This document shows positions 39,657-50,079 of a DNA stretch of 64,000 nt, in pieces; positions within the stretch are counted from its first letter, which is position 1, and each line of letters begins with the position of its first letter. The position numbers and the translations under genes were made by a program. The DNA is from Bacillota bacterium (lineage in GTDB: Bacteria; Bacillota; JAAYKD01), in assembly GCA_963666425.2 (NCBI GenBank), contig OY762825.2, positions 2,838,650 through 2,902,649 of the forward strand, read 5' to 3'. The notes under the pieces are model-generated. The model was not told where the DNA came from and ran no database searches. It worked only from the letters and a program-made list of their open reading frames with translations.

Positions 39657-40460
39657 TTGAAAGTAAGTGGTTTCTTAGTGGACGTAAATTTGGAAAATTC
39701 TATTTTTGTTGAGGGCTTGCAGGGGAGCGGAAAAAGTACTCTTATCAACCGATTGGCTGAAAAGTACCCCAGCAGCAAGGTGTACCATGAAGGTGATTAC
39801 GCACTGACGGAACTGGCGTGGTGTGCTTATGTCGATGAAAATACTTATCGGCAAATTCTCAGGAAGTACCCAACGCTGCAGGAGAAAATTGAAGAGAATA
39901 CAACGCGGGAAGAAGATTTCTGCGTTGTTACTTATACAAAAATCAGGACAGACATCGTGGGGTTTCATCAAGATCTGGAGCAGTACGAAATTTATAATGG
40001 CAATCTATCCGAAGAAGCCTTTCAGAAAGTGGTTTTGTCCCGCTACGAACAATGGAATGGAGAAGGGGAAATTTTCGAATGCGCTCTATTCCAAAACATC
40101 ATAGAAAATATGATCTTGTATCTTCAGATGGAGGATGAGAAAATTCTGGAGTTTTATCGAAGACTATATCAAGTTATTGGTAAGAAAAAACTGACGATAC
40201 TGTATCTTGACGCAGAGGATATTCGCACAAGTATTGAAGTGATAAAGAAAGAACGCTGCGACGAGAATGGAGTAGAATTGTGGTTCCAAATGATGGTTGA
40301 ATATATAGAAGCCTCACCATATGGGAAGAAATGTGGGCTTGGTGGAATGGAAGGACTGCTAGCCCATCTGGAAAAAAGAAAAGCATTGGAACATCGAATT
40401 ATATCGGAAGTATTTAACAAGGAAACGCAAATAGTAAAATCAAAGAAGTATGAAATCTGA
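39657..40460 (+). CDS. P-loop NTPase/kinase-like protein, distant relative of 23569 (start uncertain)
   Basis: FVEGLQGSGKST, YHEGD..W.AY. Confidence 0.7.
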   Translation: MKVSGFLVDVNLENSIFVEGLQGSGKSTLINRLAEKYPSSKVYHEGDYALTELAWCAYVDENTYRQILRKYPTLQEKIEENTTREEDFCVVTYTKIRTDIVGFHQDLEQYEIYNGNLSEEAFQKVVLSRYEQWNGEGEIFECALFQNIIENMILYLQMEDEKILEFYRRLYQVIGKKKLTILYLDAEDIRTSIEVIKKERCDENGVELWFQMMVEYIEASPYGKKCGLGGMEGLLAHLEKRKALEHRIISEVFNKETQIVKSKKYEI

Positions 40461-40505
40461 ATTTATCGATGTGTTCCCGGCAATTATTCGCCTTCTCAAA
40501 GCATA

Positions 40506-40709
40506 TTGAAGGAAGTAGGAGCAACTAAACCAGAATTTGAAAAAATCAGCAGTTTTGGTAGAGTGATATTCTGGTCTGCTCCATTAAAAACATTCTCAAG
40601 GACACGCTGGTCTAAAATTGTTGGTGAATCTGTTTACAGTGAAATTACTATCAGAAACGCAAATACCGTGAAAAACTTGGTGAAGTTGTGTCAGCAGCAG
40701 ATGATTTGA
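40506..40709 (+). pseudogene. DUF1697-family C-terminal fragment
   Basis: FWSAPLKTFSRTRWSKI...TIRNANTVK. Confidence 0.55.
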
Positions 40710-40760
40710 TGTTTGAAGCAGAAGTGATTCATGCAATTCTGATCATTGGAGGAAAAATAT

Positions 40761-40931
40761 ATGGAAAGAAAAATTAATCAACAGGTCAAAGGTTATCTAA
40801 CAAAGGACGGAGCCGGCGTGAGTTTGGTCAGGGTATTGGGAAACGCTACGGTTCATGAATACGATCCGATTTTAATGCTTGATTCCTTTGACAGCACAAA
40901 TCCGGCTGATTACACAGCGGGATTTCCTATG
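40761..40931 (+). pseudogene. Pirin N-terminal fragment
   Basis: DGAGVSLVRVLG..DPILMLDSF..YTAGFPM; breaks off where HPHRG is expected. Confidence 0.75.
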
Positions 40932-40993
40932 ACAGAAAAGAATTGTCCTGTCAGCAAGGATAAGGGGCTTTTTATCGTAGGGGGGAACTGAGC

Positions 40994-41455
40994 ATGATTG
41001 AAACAGTAAGGTGCCAGGTCAGGAAATTCACCGAAAATGATGTGGACGCCCTAGCCAGAATATTAGCAAATTCAAATGTTATGAAGTACATTGAGCCTTC
41101 TTATTCCTTAGAGCAGACACGCCAATTTTTGTGCACTGCGGGCTTGTCAGCCACCCCTCTTGTTTATGCGCTTGACCTCAAGGAAACCGGGCAACTGATC
41201 GGGCAGGTAATCTTTCATCCGTACCGCGAGGACTCCTATGAGATTGGTTGGATTCTGGACGAATGCTGTTGGGGACAAGGATTGGCAGATGAGATTACTA
41301 AGGCGTTGATTGCATATGCCAAAGACGAAGGTATTGCACAACTAATGATGGAATGCGCCCCGAATCAGAGTATTTCAATGCACATAGCTATAAAGAATGG
41401 GTTTTGTCTCGTTTCACAAGATGGTCTGAATGTTTATAAGCTTGAGTTAAGGTAA
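40994..41455 (+). CDS. GNAT acetyltransferase, RimJ/RimL type
   Basis: EIGWIL...WGQGLA, N..S..IA.KNGF. Confidence 0.85.
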   Translation: MIETVRCQVRKFTENDVDALARILANSNVMKYIEPSYSLEQTRQFLCTAGLSATPLVYALDLKETGQLIGQVIFHPYREDSYEIGWILDECCWGQGLADEITKALIAYAKDEGIAQLMMECAPNQSISMHIAIKNGFCLVSQDGLNVYKLELR

Positions 41456-41509
41456 GAGTCCGGAGCCGAAATATGCTGCGAATTTTGTCAAGATTTAACG
41501 AGCTGAGGT

Positions 41510-42235
41510 GTGAAAGCAATGAGAAAGTATACAAAAACCGATAAATACGATGCTAATTGGATCAGAGAAAACTGGATGGGACCGAATCCGCTCTGGCTTT
41601 TGGAAGAACTGTGTGAACACTTGGAATTGAAGCCCGGGATGAAAGTCCTTGATATGGGTTGTGGCAAGGGTTTGACTTCCGTATTTCTGGCCAAAGAATT
41701 TGGTGTAACCGTCTTTGCCAACGATTTATGGATTGCTGCAACAGACAATCTCAAGCGCTTTCAGGCAGCCGGTGTAGACGAAAGGGTGTTTCCCATCCAT
41801 GCAGAAGCGCATGCTCTGCCTTATGCCGAGGGATTTTTTGATGCGGCAATCTCAATCGACAGCTACCAATACTATGGAGCGGACGAAATGTATTTTCCCT
41901 GTACTTACTCAAAATTAGTCAAGTCGGGTGGCCAATTTGGCATTGTGGTACCGGGCCTGACGAGAGAATTTGAGCAAGGATATCCCAATACACTGAAAGA
42001 GCATTGGGAAGGGGATATGTTCAGTTTCCACAGCAAAAATTGGTGGCAGCAGCTTTGGGTAAAGACCGGTGTGGTTGATATCAACGCTTGCTATGATCTG
42101 GAAGCAGCAAAAGAGATTTGGCGGCCATGGGCTGAATGGGCCAAGCTAAACCTGGGCTTTAAAGATGTGGAGTTCTTGAATGCCGATCTCAATAGTGATT
42201 TGGCATTCATTGTGATGAGTGCAGTGAAAAAATAG
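41510..42235 (+). CDS. SAM-dependent methyltransferase
   Basis: VLDMGCGKGLTS, LPYAEGFFDAAIS. Confidence 0.9.
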   Translation: MKAMRKYTKTDKYDANWIRENWMGPNPLWLLEELCEHLELKPGMKVLDMGCGKGLTSVFLAKEFGVTVFANDLWIAATDNLKRFQAAGVDERVFPIHAEAHALPYAEGFFDAAISIDSYQYYGADEMYFPCTYSKLVKSGGQFGIVVPGLTREFEQGYPNTLKEHWEGDMFSFHSKNWWQQLWVKTGVVDINACYDLEAAKEIWRPWAEWAKLNLGFKDVEFLNADLNSDLAFIVMSAVKK

Positions 42236-42404
42236 AGTGTCTTCAAAAAATCAAAATCACCCTCCTAATTCATATCGGCTGCAACACAAATACAATGACA
42301 CCTGCGTTGCGTTCCTGCATGCGCTTGGCAGTGGCTTAATTACAGTAGTGGATTGGATTTTGTCAGCCGATGGATCGGATGAAAGCGAGAAAGGGAAGCT
42401 GCAG

Positions 42405-43154
42405 ATGGAAAGTGAGTTTATTAATCTAGCATCGGAGAATATTGCTGACGAGCATTTGTGCTGCATTATCCGTAGTAAAAAGCCTCATCCCGGTATAGAA
42501 GCAAAAAGAGTTTGGCTTTCTGAAAGAATCAAAGAAGGTCATGTCTTTCGTAAGTTGAAGGCCAAAGCTACGGTATTTATTGAATATGCACCATTAGAAA
42601 CGGCCTGGGTTCCGATCGTCGGGGATAATTACTGCTACATTTATTGCCTGTGGGTTTGCGCTGAATATAAAGGCAAAGGCTACGGAACGGCATTAATGGA
42701 TTACTGTATCCGGGATGCGAAAGAAAACGGCAAATCCGGAATTTGTATGCTGGCAGCAAAGAAACAAAAAAACTGGCTTTCCGATCAGGGCTTTGCTAAA
42801 AAATACGGATTCCAGGTTGTTGATTCTACGGCAGACGGTTATGAGCTGTTGGCTCTCTCTTTTGCTGGGACAACGCCGCAATTTACGGAAAAAGTAAGAA
42901 AACAGCAAATTGTGGATCAACAGCTGACGATTTATTACAGCATGCAATGTCCGTTTATCCTGCAGAGGATTGCCGGAATAAAACAATACAGCAAAACCAA
43001 CAATCTCCCGGTTACCCTAATTCAGGTCAATTCGCTTCAGCAAGCAAAAGCACTTCCTTGTGTTTTCAATAATTGGGCAGCATTTTATAAAGGACAATTT
43101 GTCACTGTGAATCTGCTGGATGCTGGTTCAATAGAGAAAATCCTGAAAAAGTGA
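42405..43154 (+). CDS. GNAT acetyltransferase with YoaP-like domain
   Basis: YCLWV..YKGKGYG, YYSMQCPF, PCVFNNWA.FY.GQF. Confidence 0.85.
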   Translation: MESEFINLASENIADEHLCCIIRSKKPHPGIEAKRVWLSERIKEGHVFRKLKAKATVFIEYAPLETAWVPIVGDNYCYIYCLWVCAEYKGKGYGTALMDYCIRDAKENGKSGICMLAAKKQKNWLSDQGFAKKYGFQVVDSTADGYELLALSFAGTTPQFTEKVRKQQIVDQQLTIYYSMQCPFILQRIAGIKQYSKTNNLPVTLIQVNSLQQAKALPCVFNNWAAFYKGQFVTVNLLDAGSIEKILKK

Positions 43155-43163
43155 GAAGCTATG

Positions 43164-43190
43164 TGTGCCAAGGGACGGGGTATTGGCACA
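43164..43190 (+). repeat. 29-bp site copy (27-nt variant)
   Basis: TGTGCCAAGGGACGGGGTATTGGCACA. Confidence 0.88.
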
Positions 43191-43357
43191 TTTATCGGGA
43201 TGCTAATAGAATGAACCAAATTGCAGGGTAAATCCGATGAAGTCATATCAACAGCTCCGATGAATCCACAATACTCTTGTCTGATTCGCTAAGAGAGAGC
43301 ATACACACTTAGGTGTGTATTTTGGCTTCGGCTGTTTGAACTATGGGAGGAGAAAGT

Positions 43358-43807
43358 ATGAAGTGGAATGAGTTATTTACAATAAACCAGACTCCATCAA
43401 TTGAAGAGATTAGAGCTTATCTTGGCGAAGCGAAGCAGAATTGGGATGAATTGGCTCTATATATTGAGGAAACATATCATGCGAAATATCAATTGGACTT
43501 CAGCAAAGACACTTTACAACCGGGATGGAATCTGAAATACAAGAAAAGTGGGAAAGCTCTTTGCACTCTTTATCCGATGGAAGGTTATTTTATTGCGCTG
43601 GTTGTTGTCGGACCAAAACAAGAAGAAGAAGTAAGAATAGGAATGGAAACAGGATTATTTACAGCCTATCTAGAAGGGCTCTATGCCAAATCAGCCTATT
43701 CCACCTTGGGGAGATGGTTGATGATTGAGGTGAAAGACAATACTGTTCTGAATGATATACGTCACTTATTGAGCATCAGGATCAAGCCGAGACGGCAAGA
43801 AAAATAG
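43358..43807 (+). CDS. DUF3788-family protein
   Basis: GWNLKYKKSGKALCTLYP, GRWLMIEV. Confidence 0.8.
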   Translation: MKWNELFTINQTPSIEEIRAYLGEAKQNWDELALYIEETYHAKYQLDFSKDTLQPGWNLKYKKSGKALCTLYPMEGYFIALVVVGPKQEEEVRIGMETGLFTAYLEGLYAKSAYSTLGRWLMIEVKDNTVLNDIRHLLSIRIKPRRQEK

Positions 43808-44042
43808 AAAGTGCTGTGAAATAGAGCGTTTTATAGGAACGATCCGCAGTTTTTTTGCTGAGCAGGTACCGTTTGACGAAGAAGAGAAATTGAAAGATTA
43901 GCCGAAACTGATATTAAGAAAGTTAGAGGGTTAAAATATCGGCAGCCTTCAATAGTTTTCTTTTTTGGCAAGCCAATAAAAAAGATTTATTATTGAACGG
44001 AGAGATGATAGTACGGAGCATATAAATTACAGTGTGCGGATC

Positions 44043-44186
44043 ATGGTGCTAAAAAATACAATAGCAGCGGGACGCCGTCATACCGTTGGTATTAAATCCG
44101 ATGGTACAGTGGTTGCTGTCGGCAACAATGACTATGGCCAATGCAATGTAAGCGGCTGGTATGGTATCCAACTGCCCGGCGAATAA
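44043..44186 (+). pseudogene. Single RCC1-type repeat ORF (47 aa)
   Basis: IAAGRRHTVGIKSDGTVVAVGNNDYGQCNVSGW. Confidence 0.65.
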
Positions 44187-44299
44187 AATGCTAAATTTAA
44201 TTTAAGAAATCTGAAATCTGCTTGAGTAAAAAAGAAAAATGCTTGCACTGATAATTGAAATAGAAATCTGCAAATGAGACGGCCGTGAGGTGAAATGGC

Positions 44300-44665
44300 A
44301 TGGGGAACGATTCGGGAGATGAATTGTCAGACGCGTTGCAAGTTGTATTGTCTACCATTCAGAAATGTGAAAAGATACAGCCAAAATTCGCGGAGGGGAC
44401 TTCCCAACATACGCTGCTTAAGAACAGAATCAAGGCGATGTATATCTCAAAGGCGCTCATCCTGGGGGAAATTGAGATTGAGCGATATTCGAAAGAAGAG
44501 TTGCTCAATGCTCTGAAGCTGGTAGCATCTGTGATCAGCAAGTGTGAAACAGGTCAGAAAAAGCATGCGAAAGAAGCACCTCAATATAAACGCTTTCAGA
44601 AGATCATTGACGCGATGAACATTTCCAAAACGTTGATTACAGCTGAAATTAGTAAAAGAGGTTAA
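44300..44665 (+). CDS. Hypothetical helical protein with internal repeat
   Basis: Two S.I.KCE..Q.K.A...Q halves. Confidence 0.65.
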   Translation: MGNDSGDELSDALQVVLSTIQKCEKIQPKFAEGTSQHTLLKNRIKAMYISKALILGEIEIERYSKEELLNALKLVASVISKCETGQKKHAKEAPQYKRFQKIIDAMNISKTLITAEISKRG

Positions 44666-44668
44666 TCT

Positions 44669-44697
44669 TGAGCCAAGGGGACGGGGGTGTTGGCACA
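44669..44697 (+). repeat. 29-bp site copy
   Basis: TGAGCCAAGGGGACGGGGGTGTTGGCACA. Confidence 0.95.
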
Positions 44698-44713
44698 TCT
44701 TTTCTTCTGCAAC

Positions 44714-44758
44714 AAAAAAAGATAGCAGGCATAGTCTTTTATGTCTGCTATCTTTATG
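44714..44758. terminator. Intrinsic terminator between convergent genes
   Basis: AAAGATAGCAGGCATA-loop-TATGTCTGCTATCTTT flanked by A/T tracts. Confidence 0.7.
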
Positions 44759-44814
44759 TTATGATGGATGAAAGCACAATCAGTTTCAGCGCCTTTTTTG
44801 TCAATACTCTGTGG

Positions 44815-46116
44815 CTATTTTGAGATTTCCTCCCAAGCTTTCATGTATTCCTCTTTGTTTTTATAAACAGGGACAAAGTCCTTTATGATTGCTTCCGCCA
44901 AGGCCGCACCGTCGTATAGCAGGTCTATGATTGTCATAGCCATGATTTTGGTGGGCGCTATGTAAAACATTTCCGGGTCCTCAACCTGATAATCGCTGGA
45001 ATGCCCTACACCCTTTGCACCGCCGATATAGGGATGGATGGCAGGCATCAGGTGCATGATATCCCCGAAATCGCTGCTTCCAGTAGTGTGTCCGTTGTTG
45101 ATGATCTTGTTTTCACCTACAACCTCCACAGCATTGGCATAGAATAATTCGTTCATTTCTTTATTATTCATGCGCGGCATATAGCCTGGGATCTCTTTGA
45201 TTTCTATTTCGGCGCCTATGGCATCAGCGCCGGCTCTGAAAGCCCGGTTTACTTTTTTTGATGCATCGATAACGCCTTCCATGGTTCTGCCCCTGACATA
45301 TGTTTCGATGCGAACATCAGCAGGAACTACGTTCACAAGGTCACCACCTTTCGTAATAATGGGATGCACTCGTATCGTATCCTTCTCCTGAAAAGTTTCT
45401 CTCTGCATCGCAACAGCCTGGAGGCCAAGCGTTGCGGCATTCAGCGCATTGATACCAAGATGAGGCGCCGCTCCCGCATGCGCTTCTTTTCCGATATATT
45501 TTACATATTTGACGATAAAACCAGTGCTCGTTTCAGCTATTTCTATTTTTTTACTGGTATTGCCGTGGCACATCATGGCCATATCGATGTCATCAAAGCA
45601 GCCCAGCCGGATCATTTCTTGTTTTCCACCAATAAATCGGATGACTCCTTTTTCTATCAAACCGTTGCGATATTCTATTTCAACAGCTTCTTCAGCAGGA
45701 GTGGCCATCAATACAATCTCTCCGTCAAGCTGATCAATCACTCCACTGTATTTCAAGGCCATACCTGTGCCAAGCATGGCAGCGATTTGCATGAAATGAC
45801 CGCAGGAATGTGACGCGCCGGTGATTGGATCCGCTTGTGGATGATTCGGACAAACGACTGCATCGAGCTCACCCATGACTGCAATTTTAATTTTCGAGTT
45901 TCTCCCTTTGAGCCTTGCTATGGAACCGGTCAGCGCTACCTTGTTTTGATACTCGAGACCCATTTGCTCAAATATGCTTTCAACAAAAGCGGATGTTTTG
46001 TACTCTTTATAGCCCAGTTCTGGAGCGATTCGGATGGTTTCCCCGATCTTGATGATTTCCTCACGACGCTGGTCGATGACCTTACACACAGCATCTTTCA
46101 TAGCCTTCTTATCCAT
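44815..46116 (-). CDS. M20-family amidohydrolase
   Basis: PELGYKE, GELDA, HSCGH, PAEE, GKEAHAG, GSSDFGD. Confidence 0.9.
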   Translation of the reverse strand: MDKKAMKDAVCKVIDQRREEIIKIGETIRIAPELGYKEYKTSAFVESIFEQMGLEYQNKVALTGSIARLKGRNSKIKIAVMGELDAVVCPNHPQADPITGASHSCGHFMQIAAMLGTGMALKYSGVIDQLDGEIVLMATPAEEAVEIEYRNGLIEKGVIRFIGGKQEMIRLGCFDDIDMAMMCHGNTSKKIEIAETSTGFIVKYVKYIGKEAHAGAAPHLGINALNAATLGLQAVAMQRETFQEKDTIRVHPIITKGGDLVNVVPADVRIETYVRGRTMEGVIDASKKVNRAFRAGADAIGAEIEIKEIPGYMPRMNNKEMNELFYANAVEVVGENKIINNGHTTGSSDFGDIMHLMPAIHPYIGGAKGVGHSSDYQVEDPEMFYIAPTKIMAMTIIDLLYDGAALAEAIIKDFVPVYKNKEEYMKAWEEISK

Positions 46117-46432
46117 AATTCTCCTCCTTATTAATTGTGGGATGAGTCTAGTCAAGAAAATTATAGCACACCGCTCACCTGGAATACAAGTTGATTGCGT
46201 AGTTGAATCGGTGCCGTTTGCTATAAACTATGCTGGATTTTGCAAATGGATGATCATCGTGTAGTCCAAAAACGAGCATTTGAAAAAGTTAATAAAGGAT
46301 TTTTAGAATTCGAGTTGAAATTTATGATTTTGGCAGGGGATTGTTTACAAATTGCATTGGGTAAGTAATGTCTGACCTGCTCTTACCAAAACAAGAAAGC
46401 CATACAGTTTACTGTAGGAAACACGGAGAAGA

Positions 46433-47779
46433 GTGATGAATTTGAAAACACAACAGAAGGACACGGTTAAGGGAACAAGTATGCTAAAAGGACTTCTTTT
46501 GTTCTTTGTTCCTTTGGGTTTATATTCTACTATTATGATGAGTTCACACAGTGTGATGAATTTTGGGGTCTCACAAGCAGCAAATGCCGAAATAGGCTTA
46601 GCTACTTTTGCCGTGACGATGAATATCATGAATATGTTTGCCTCTCCCTGCTTCACATCAAGGCAGCTGCTGGTTGCTTTGGCACACGATAAAAAATCGT
46701 TACTGTTGACGAAAAACATGATGCTGCAAATAGCTGCCTTTTCGTTAGTGATGTTGGCTGCCTTAGCCTTGACCCCGATCGGTGATTTTGTTTTTGTCCG
46801 ATTATTCAACACTCCTGTAAATTTGATGAGTGATGTGAAGACTGCCGCAGTTTTTGCGCTTGCTTTACCCTTTATCTATACTTTACGTTCATACGCTCAG
46901 GGAATCCTGATTGTGGATAAGAAAACACAATACTTGACTTATACCGTAATCATTCGAATTGCTTTTATGATTTTTCTTGCCTTCGTATTGCCTAATATCA
47001 ATTCTTTGAGCGGAGCAACAATTGGTATGATGATATGGACCGCAGGAATGGCTCTGGAATCGGTTATTAACTTTTTGTTTGCCATCAAAAGTTATCGCAA
47101 TTTACCCGATGATTCTAATTTGGATCTGGGTAAGCAGGACCTTTCTTATAAACAGGCTTTTAGCTTTATTTGGCCGCTGCTCGTCACATCGTTTATCTGG
47201 ACTTTAGGAACTCCCATGATTAACTCTGGGCTAGGTCATACGAGTAATCCGGAACTGTCTTTAGCAACATATCAAGTGTCTCGAAATTATGTTTGGATTA
47301 TTATGGGTTTTCTGGAAAGCAATCTGCGTCAGGTCCCTTTGATTTTTGGCACGAGCGAAGAGAAAATTGCTTATCTCAGGAAGTTTACTTTTTGGTTTGG
47401 TGTCATTCTAACAATTGCTGTTGCTGTTTTGGCGCTAACCCCCATAGGCAATTGGGGCTTGCTTCATATCATAGGAGTCAGCGAGAATATTGCCAATGCC
47501 AGCAGACCTGTTTTGATCGTTTTGATTGCGCTGCCTTTTACCATGGCTTGGGCAGAATACTATTCGGGATTATTGATGAGACAAAATAACACAAAATCAT
47601 TAAGTGTTGGCAAATTCATCAATCTTGGACTTACGATTTCTTCAGTAATAGGCTTTTCCATTCTCATGCCGCAATTGGGTGCTACGGTAGCAGCGCTTGG
47701 TTTAATTATTGGCAACACTGCTGAAATGTTCTATTTCAGATATGTTTATCAGAGATCATTGCATCGCATGGTGCGTTGA
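46433..47779 (+). CDS. MATE-like multi-TM transporter
   Basis: Two homologous hydrophobic halves; no decisive motif. Confidence 0.55.
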   Translation: MMNLKTQQKDTVKGTSMLKGLLLFFVPLGLYSTIMMSSHSVMNFGVSQAANAEIGLATFAVTMNIMNMFASPCFTSRQLLVALAHDKKSLLLTKNMMLQIAAFSLVMLAALALTPIGDFVFVRLFNTPVNLMSDVKTAAVFALALPFIYTLRSYAQGILIVDKKTQYLTYTVIIRIAFMIFLAFVLPNINSLSGATIGMMIWTAGMALESVINFLFAIKSYRNLPDDSNLDLGKQDLSYKQAFSFIWPLLVTSFIWTLGTPMINSGLGHTSNPELSLATYQVSRNYVWIIMGFLESNLRQVPLIFGTSEEKIAYLRKFTFWFGVILTIAVAVLALTPIGNWGLLHIIGVSENIANASRPVLIVLIALPFTMAWAEYYSGLLMRQNNTKSLSVGKFINLGLTISSVIGFSILMPQLGATVAALGLIIGNTAEMFYFRYVYQRSLHRMVR

Positions 47780-47990
47780 CCGCAGCGTCGATACCTAGGC
47801 AATCACACAGAAGACAATAGGTACATCGAAAATTGAAGGCATTCGGCAAAGAAAAGACAGATGTGCTGTTGAACTAAATCTTGTTACTAAGAGCTGCTGC
47901 AGCCAAAGTATAGGGCGAGAGCTGGTTGCTCTTAAGCTATACTGAGTAGAGCAATAATTGGCATATCAATTCAAATTATGAGGATAAAAC

Positions 47991-48656
47991 ATGAATATTG
48001 AGGTTGAAAAAATGAACAAAACGATTCTGATCCGCAATGAAAAAGAAGCAGATTATCAGAGAGTAGAAGAAATTACAAGGACTGCTTTTTGGAATTTATA
48101 TGTTCCGGGGTGCTATGAACACTATTTAGTTCATGTTATGCGATCCCATCAGGACTTTCTGCCGCAACTAGACCTGGTGATTGAAGCGGATAATCAAATC
48201 ATCGGAAATATTATGTACACAAAAGCTAAACTGGTAGATCAATCCGGAGAAGAAAAAGAAATTCTGACATTCGGTCCGGTTTGTATTTTGCCGGAATATC
48301 AAAGATTAGGTTATGGGAAAGTGCTGATGGAGTATTCTTTTCAACAAGCGGCTGCACTTGGCTATGATGTGATCGTGATATTCGGAAACCCTTATAATTA
48401 TGTAAGCCGCGGCTTTGTGAGCTGTAAGAAGTACAATATCTACCATGAGAATGGCACATGCCCTATGGCCATGATGGTAAAAGAACTGAAGCCAGAAGCT
48501 TTAGACGGAAGAAAATGGATTTACTATGAAAGTCCTGTGATGAATATAGACGAACAGGAAGCCGAGCGCTTTGATGAGAGTCTGCCAAAAATGGAGAAGA
48601 AATACCAGCCAAGCCAGGAAGAATATTATATTTACAGTCATTCTATTGTACGCTAA
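47991..48656 (+). CDS. GNAT acetyltransferase (YhbS-like); TAA stop begins a degenerate site
   Basis: FGPVCILPEYQRLGYG, FGNP..Y..RGF. Confidence 0.88.
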   Translation: MNIEVEKMNKTILIRNEKEADYQRVEEITRTAFWNLYVPGCYEHYLVHVMRSHQDFLPQLDLVIEADNQIIGNIMYTKAKLVDQSGEEKEILTFGPVCILPEYQRLGYGKVLMEYSFQQAAALGYDVIVIFGNPYNYVSRGFVSCKKYNIYHENGTCPMAMMVKELKPEALDGRKWIYYESPVMNIDEQEAERFDESLPKMEKKYQPSQEEYYIYSHSIVR

Positions 48657-48682
48657 ACCAGGGAGACTGGGGTGTTGGTCTC
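48654..48682 (+). repeat. Degenerate 29-bp site
   Basis: TAAACCAGGGAGACTGGGGTGTTGGTCTC. Confidence 0.7.
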
Positions 48683-48818
48683 TTGAAATGTTCAGATTCA
48701 TCTTATGACCAAAATAGAAGTTTCGGGATATTTCATAATTTTTGCGAAAACAAGAGCAAGATAGCGTCAACATCGTGCGGCTAAAATAATATGAGATGCG
48801 AAAGGAGAGTGTCACTGC

Positions 48819-49169
48819 ATGACAAACGAGCGCGTTTTTAAGATGGCGTTTTCCAGCGTTTACCCATTGCTCTTGCAAAAGGTGGAGCGCAAAGGGCGCA
48901 GTAAAGCGGACCTTGATGCTGTGATCTTTTGGCTGACTGGGTATGATGAAGCCGGCTTGCAAGCGCAAATTGAGAAGAATACTGATTATACAGCCTTCTT
49001 TGGCGAAGCTCCGCAAATCAACCCTAACGTTCATAAAATCACGGGAGTCGTCTGTGGTATTCGTGTAGAGGAAATCGAAGACCCGTTAATGCAGAAAGTC
49101 CGTTGGCTTGACAAACTGGTTGACGAGTTGGCAAAAGGAAAGCTCTTAGCGAAGATTTTGAGAAACTGA
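48819..49169 (+). CDS. DUF2200-family protein
   Basis: FSSVYPL..KVERKGR, WLTGY, ITGVVCGIRVEEIEDPLM..LDKLVDELAKG. Confidence 0.88.
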   Translation: MTNERVFKMAFSSVYPLLLQKVERKGRSKADLDAVIFWLTGYDEAGLQAQIEKNTDYTAFFGEAPQINPNVHKITGVVCGIRVEEIEDPLMQKVRWLDKLVDELAKGKLLAKILRN

Positions 49170-49303
49170 GGTGGAAGGGCAGCGATATCAGAAAGAAGAT
49201 AAAATTGGAATTTTCACAATATATTGTATTGCTGCTTGATGAAGGTGAGACGGGTATTAATCTGTCACAGCTGATGTTTTTAGTAAAGAAGAGGTAAAAG
49301 ACG

Positions 49304-50053
49304 ATGAGTACTCAGTTCGATCCCCAAAACAAGCTGATTCAACAATGTCTTCAGGGAATAAACAGGGAAGAGAACGGCAAACCAGACGAGGCTAGCCTCT
49401 TGTTTCTGCAGGCTTGGCATGCAGCAGCAGACGATTTTGAAAAATTCATCGCTGCCTATTTTGTTGCACGACACCAAAAAAGTAATTCAGATAAATTGAA
49501 ATGGCTGGAAACATCTTTGCAGTTTGCACTAAAAACAAAGGATGACACAGTGAAGAGCGCTTTGCCAACGTTATATTTGAACATTGCCCAATGCTATAAT
49601 GCGTTAGGCGATTCCAACAAGGCAAAAACGAATGATGCTCTGGCAAATTCGTATCAAGGTATTCCTTTCGACAAAGGTCCTTTTTATCATGGCACAAAAG
49701 CGGATTTGCAGGTTGGCGATCTATTAACAGCAAAGCGGACTTCGAACTATCAACCCGAGCTCAAAATGAATCACGTTTATTTTACTGCCCTTCTGAATGG
49801 TGCTGGATTAGCAGCATCCTTAGCAAAAGGGGAGGGAATTGAACGTGTTTATCTGGTAGAACCCACCGGAAGTTATGAAAATGACCCCAATGTAACAGAT
49901 AAGAAATTTCCGGGTAATCTGACGCGCTCTTATCGCTCACAGGAACCGTTGAAAATTGTGGGTGAAGTAACCGCCTTTCGGCAGCTGACGCCCGAGGAAC
50001 TTCGCTTATGGCGTGAAAAATTGGCCAATACCAAAGGCAAAATTATCAATTGA
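49304..50053 (+). CDS. arr: NAD+:rifampin ADP-ribosyltransferase with N-terminal TPR-like helical domain
   Basis: FYHGTKADL..GDLL, SNY, HVYFT, VYLVEPTG..ENDPNVTDKKFPGNLTRSYRS. Confidence 0.88.
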   Translation: MSTQFDPQNKLIQQCLQGINREENGKPDEASLLFLQAWHAAADDFEKFIAAYFVARHQKSNSDKLKWLETSLQFALKTKDDTVKSALPTLYLNIAQCYNALGDSNKAKTNDALANSYQGIPFDKGPFYHGTKADLQVGDLLTAKRTSNYQPELKMNHVYFTALLNGAGLAASLAKGEGIERVYLVEPTGSYENDPNVTDKKFPGNLTRSYRSQEPLKIVGEVTAFRQLTPEELRLWREKLANTKGKIIN

Positions 50054-50079
50054 GCCAAGGGGACGGGGGTGTTGGCACA
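50051..50079 (+). repeat. 29-bp site copy; first 3 nt are the arr stop
   Basis: TGAGCCAAGGGGACGGGGGTGTTGGCACA. Confidence 0.95.
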
